A DNA stretch of 12,271 nucleotides from Candidatus Krumholzibacteriota bacterium (GTDB lineage Bacteria; Krumholzibacteriota; Krumholzibacteriia; JAJRXK01). Both the position numbers and the translations under genes were made by a program. The notes beneath the pieces are model-generated. The model saw only the letters and a list, made by a program, of their open reading frames with translations. It ran no database searches and was not told where the DNA came from. Shown here in pieces: positions 9,015 to 12,271 of the stretch. The stretch covers positions 1-12,271 of the forward strand of contig CAWDWO010000001.1 in the NCBI GenBank assembly GCA_963806035.1, given 5' to 3'. The first letter of the stretch is position 1, and each line of letters opens with the position of its first letter.

Positions 9015-10181
9015 TCATGCAACAAGCCTGAAACTGTGCCTGGCAATCATGAGCTCTTCATTCGTTTTCATGACCTGGATGGTGACGGGACTTTCGTCGC
9101 CAGAAATGACAGACGTACCACTGGTGTTGCGGTCCGCATCCAGATGAAGCCCCAAGAACTGCAAGTGGGCACAAATGCGCTGACGAACGGCTGCCGCATT
9201 CTCACCGATGCCTCCGGTGAAGATCATCCGGTCCAATCCGCCCAACGCCGCCGCCAGCGCACCGACGGACTTTGCCGCCCGGTAGCAGAAAAGATCGACG
9301 GCCAGAGCCGCATCAGGATTTTGCCCCTCCTGTTCCAGCAGCTCTTTCATATCCGAACTGAGGCCGGAGACTCCCAGCAACCCCGCACGCTTATTCACCA
9401 TCTCGTTGACCTCCGCCGGGTTCATGCCCTTCTTCCTGAGCAGGTACAAAACGATCGCCGGATCCAGGTCGCCGCAGCGCGTGCTCATGACCAGTCCGCC
9501 GGTCGGACTGAATCCCATCGTCGTTTCCACGCTTTGGCCGTCTTTGACGGCTGCCATGCTGGCCCCGTTTCCCAGGTGAGCGATGATGATGCAATTACCG
9601 GAAGCGCTCTCGCCTAACTGCTCCAAGATATACTCATATGACAGGCCGTGGAAGCCGTAGCGGACAATCCCTTCTTCATGGAGAGATTTCGACAGCGCGA
9701 CCGTCTGAGCTACCGCGGGCATGTTGCGATGAAATGCCGTGTCGAAACACAGCACCTGTTTGACCTTGGGATAGGACTTCTGCACCGCATGGACGGCTGC
9801 GATGGCCTGGGGTAAATGGTCGGGATCGATGGCGCTCAATTCCTGGAGCGCCCCTAGCAATTTCGGCGTTGCTACCTGCGGCTGGCGGTAGTGAAGGCCC
9901 CCGTGCACCATCCGATGGCCGACGACTTCGAGATCGCGCGAATAATCCTTCGCCTCCAGCCACCTCAACAGCTTCCCAACGGCATCGCGCGGATCCCTCA
10001 CTGTCAAGGACTCCTCGGCCAGCACGCGGCCGTCCCCCTCCTTGATCTGAAAGACGCCGTCAGCCCAACCGACCCCGGAGACAGCGCCCGTAAGGATGCA
10101 CTCCTCCGTGGCCCCGATCTCGTATAGGGCAAACTTTAGGCTCGAAGAGCCGCTATTGATGGCCAAAATACGCATCATCAC
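9015..10181 (-). CDS. ackA: Acetate kinase (acetate/propionate kinase family)
   Basis: Motifs [77 protein letters not shown]. The start may be GTG 10181, ATG 10178 or ATG 10175. It lies directly upstream of xfp. Confidence 0.96.
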   Translation of the reverse strand: MMMRILAINSGSSSLKFALYEIGATEECILTGAVSGVGWADGVFQIKEGDGRVLAEESLTVRDPRDAVGKLLRWLEAKDYSRDLEVVGHRMVHGGLHYRQPQVATPKLLGALQELSAIDPDHLPQAIAAVHAVQKSYPKVKQVLCFDTAFHRNMPAVAQTVALSKSLHEEGIVRYGFHGLSYEYILEQLGESASGNCIIIAHLGNGASMAAVKDGQSVETTMGFSPTGGLVMSTRCGDLDPAIVLYLLRKKGMNPAEVNEMVNKRAGLLGVSGLSSDMKELLEQEGQNPDAALAVDLFCYRAAKSVGALAAALGGLDRMIFTGGIGENAAAVRQRICAHLQFLGLHLDADRNTSGTSVISGDESPVTIQVMKTNEELMIARHSFRLVA

Positions 10182-10340
10182 CTACGGCTCACAGGCTACC
10201 GCGACTTGCGCGGGGTCGCATCTGGACATGCCTGTTCGTCGAAGCGCCGCATGGAATCCATTATCCGCGGACCTCTCATCCACTTTCCGCAGGATCGCTT
10301 TCGTGTTGGAATTCCAGACGGAACGGCGCCCCCTCCCCAC

Positions 10341-11090
10341 TCACCGTTCGCGAAGTAGCCTCGCCCGCTGTCCGGTCATTCCGGGCAAACGGGCCATCTC
10401 CGCCAGAAGTGAATCCGCCGCCACAGCGTACCCTCCCCGCGTCAGGGCCGCGTGTAGGGTCCACAGAGCATCGTCGCGCCACGGCGCGGGCAGGGTCATC
10501 GGTTCGAGTTTACGCAGCAAGCTGATCGATTCATCGACGCGAGCCAGATGCAGCAATGCGCTGGCCAGGTAGAGGCGACGGATCTCGTCCAGGCCTTTGC
10601 CGGCCTGCGCCCGCCCCAAAAGATCGGCCGCCCGCTGGGCGTCGTGGCGCGCGTAGGCCCGTAGTCCTTCCTGCAGTAAGTCGACAGGTGCCTCACCGGA
10701 CCGAGTCACCAACTCCTCGAAATTCCGCTCGATCCAGAAGTCACCGGGGGGACCCTCGGCCGACTGGCGGCCCTGCCAGAGAAAGAAGAGCACCAGCGCT
10801 GCGGCCGCGATCAGAGCCGGGGCCACGAGCCGACCGATCGAACGCTTCGGCAAAAGGCGCGCCGATTCAGATCGGGGGGACAGCGCCAGACGTCCATCGC
10901 GCTCACGGCGGGGCAAGGGGCCAGCGCGACGCGTCTCCAGCTGCGCCGATTGCACGCGCACCATTTCCTCGCAGGCCGCGCAGTGTAGGAGATGTTCACT
11001 CCACCCCCGCGTGTCCTCCGCCGAGAGCTGCCCGAGCAAAAGATCCAGGCAGAGGTCTTCATCCAGATGACGATCGCGCTCAAGAGCCAT
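10341..11090 (-). CDS. Zinc-binding (zf-HC2/ZAS) transmembrane anti-sigma factor with a C-terminal TPR-like domain (about 249 aa)
   Basis: From ATG 11090, which overlaps the sigma stop by 11 nt: MALERDRHLDEDLCLDLLLGQLSAEDTRGWSEHLLHCAACEE carries H...HxxxCxxC. TM segment LVAPALIAAAALVLFFLW. TPR-like LLQEGLRAYARHDAQRAADLL...RLYLASALLHLARVDESISLL. I prefer this start over the track's 11153. Confidence 0.85.
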   Translation of the reverse strand: MALERDRHLDEDLCLDLLLGQLSAEDTRGWSEHLLHCAACEEMVRVQSAQLETRRAGPLPRRERDGRLALSPRSESARLLPKRSIGRLVAPALIAAAALVLFFLWQGRQSAEGPPGDFWIERNFEELVTRSGEAPVDLLQEGLRAYARHDAQRAADLLGRAQAGKGLDEIRRLYLASALLHLARVDESISLLRKLEPMTLPAPWRDDALWTLHAALTRGGYAVAADSLLAEMARLPGMTGQRARLLRER

Positions 11091-11826
11091 CGTGCCCGGC
11101 CTTTCCGTCAGGAGAGAGCCGGAAGGCTCGCCAAAGCGTGGCGTAGCAGCCACGTGGCATGTCCTGCGCCCGCAGTCCCTTCGACGCCATACACTCAGTC
11201 AAGCGCTTACGGCACTCATGGAGGATCACGTCCACATGCCCCGGCTTCAACTGGACCTCGGGGTGGTTTGCGATGACCTTGCTGCGCATCTCGTAGAAGA
11301 CCCGGAACATCCAGATGGTCCTATGGCGTGGTTGCAGAAGCTCCGCGCAATCACGCAGAGCATGGGCGAAGGCGAGTCTCTCCACCTCCATCGAAGGATC
11401 CTCGACCCGAGTTTGGAGATCGGCCAGTCTCTCCTCGGCCTGGGGTTCACCATCAGGCTGAAGGAGCTCCTGCGTGCGGCTCTTGTGGCGCAGAAAATCC
11501 ACGATGGCGTTCCTGACGCAGGAGGAGACGTAGCCGGCCACGACCTCGGGCTTTCTTGGATCCGGCTCCCATGTGCAAGCGTCGATCCGCTGCAGCAAAT
11601 CTAAGGATTTCTGCGTGATCAAATCTTCACTGTCCTCTTCGGCCAGAGCTCCGAGGTGCCGGCGATGGTGGCTCAAAAAGCGGGCTACCGCCGCGCTCAA
11701 GAGGAGCCAGAGCTCCTCCATCGGCCCATCATCGGAGGCAGGCGCTCGCTTCCGAAGCTCGGGCGCGAGTTCGGCGAGGCGGATCGCCCATTGCGGTCCG
11801 GAAGCGGGCGTGCGGGACGGAATCAC
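11080..11826 (-). CDS. ECF (group 4 sigma70) RNA polymerase sigma factor
   Basis: Sigma2 region EEDSEDLITQ...GYVSSCVRNAIVDFLRHKSR. Sigma4 region LRDCAELLQPRHRTIWMFRVFYEMRSKVIA...VDVILHECRKRLTECM. It is coupled to a ZAS anti-sigma gene. The GTG start sits 6 nt after a TAGACT -10 box. Confidence 0.88.
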   Translation of the reverse strand: MIPSRTPASGPQWAIRLAELAPELRKRAPASDDGPMEELWLLLSAAVARFLSHHRRHLGALAEEDSEDLITQKSLDLLQRIDACTWEPDPRKPEVVAGYVSSCVRNAIVDFLRHKSRTQELLQPDGEPQAEERLADLQTRVEDPSMEVERLAFAHALRDCAELLQPRHRTIWMFRVFYEMRSKVIANHPEVQLKPGHVDVILHECRKRLTECMASKGLRAQDMPRGCYATLWRAFRLSPDGKAGHDGS

Positions 11827-11832
11827 CCGCTG

Positions 11833-11862
11833 AGTCTAGACCAAGGGGCGATGAACGAGCAA
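11833..11862 (-). promoter_or_regulatory. Putative sigma70 promoter for a leaderless ECF transcript (TTGCTC-N18-TAGACT)
   Basis: -35 at 11862-11857, -10 at 11838-11833, 6 nt to GTG 11826. No Shine-Dalgarno sequence. Confidence 0.55.
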
Positions 11863-11876
11863 GACGGGCGCGTGCG

Positions 11877-11905
11877 TTGAGTCCCATCCTCGATTCCGCT
11901 AGACT
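11877..11905 (+). promoter_or_regulatory. Putative sigma70 promoter for a leaderless transcript (TTGAGT-N17-TAGACT)
   Basis: -35 at 11877-11882, -10 at 11900-11905, 6 nt to GTG 11912. No Shine-Dalgarno sequence. Confidence 0.65.
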
Positions 11906-11911
11906 CGATCT

Positions 11912-12271
11912 GTGTTCCTATTTCTTCGCAGCGCCCTGTCCGCGGTCCTCGCCGTGTTGCTTCTGCTTCCCGCCACCATGCGCGCGGAAACCGTGGGGAC
12001 TCCCGTGTCCGAACAGGTGAGGCGGGGACGGTATCTCGAGGCCCTCGAGGGGGCCGTGAACCAACTGGCCTCGAATGTAGAAGAGAAGGGTTGGGAGGAT
12101 TGCGCGTCCTGGCGGCAGTTGCAGCAAGTGGGCGCGCTGCTGGTGCGTTCCCGACGGGCCGTCTGGGCAGAGGCGCCCCTGCGCTGGAGCTTGTGGCACC
12201 GCCAGCAACACCACTCCGACCAGCCCGAGAGCAATACGCGACGAATGAAGAACGAGATAACCATCTGGATG
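11912..12271 (+). CDS. N-terminal 120 aa of an exported, helical/TPR-like protein (runs off the right edge)
   Basis: My manual translation MFLFLRSALSAVLAVLLLLPATMRA|ETVGTPVSEQVRRGRYLEALEGAVNQLASNVEEKGWEDCASWRQLQQVGALLVRSRRAVWAEAPLRWSL... is open to the edge. It has a Sec-type signal peptide. GTG 11912 is the first start after the in-frame TAG at 11900-11902, and a promoter is correctly placed upstream. Absent from the ORF track. Confidence 0.72.
   Translation, partial: MFLFLRSALSAVLAVLLLLPATMRAETVGTPVSEQVRRGRYLEALEGAVNQLASNVEEKGWEDCASWRQLQQVGALLVRSRRAVWAEAPLRWSLWHRQQHHSDQPESNTRRMKNEITIWM

Noticed and set aside
8105..9046. The track's 313-aa and 559-aa ORFs as two separate genes, with a start at 9046
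   Set aside because: They are two halves of one Xfp. The 9046 start overlaps ackA, whereas ATG 8935 has an RBS and matches Xfp N-termini. The tail after LME is out-of-frame sequence.
2840..11826. The kinase as the phospho-activator of the ECF sigma
   Set aside because: The ECF retains an acidic DSED motif in sigma2 and has its own anti-sigma. The genes are more than 5 kb apart with unrelated genes between them.
11899..12264. Minus-strand ORFs 11899-12264 and 11918-12214
   Set aside because: They are antisense to the better-supported plus-strand ORF, which has a signal peptide and a promoter.

Overview
GC-rich bacterial window. The C-terminal SSWSTLKSQYR tail of one secreted protein suggests a Krumholzibacteriota/Latescibacterota/Eisenbacteria-like organism (inference only). 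From left to right it contains: (1) a large lipoprotein gene with Ig-like repeats (-, 2496 to the window edge, at least 832 aa), missing from the ORF track; (2) a divergent membrane Hanks-type Ser/Thr kinase with TPRs (2840-5758, +), bracketed by a 49-bp direct repeat (2500-2548 and 5778-5826, 48/49 identical) that carries the lipoprotein's RBS; (3) a 142-aa secreted protein with a probable C-terminal sorting tail; (4) an ackA-xfp pair (acetate kinase and phosphoketolase), with xfp split by a single-base frameshift near 8260; (5) an ECF sigma factor and a zinc-binding, transmembrane, TPR-like anti-sigma (-); (6) a divergent, truncated ORF with a signal peptide and TPR-like sequence (11912 to the edge, +), also missing from the track. 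The sigma gene and this last ORF share two mirror-image sigma70-type promoters placed for leaderless transcription. No RNA genes, CRISPR array, integrase or transposase were recognised.
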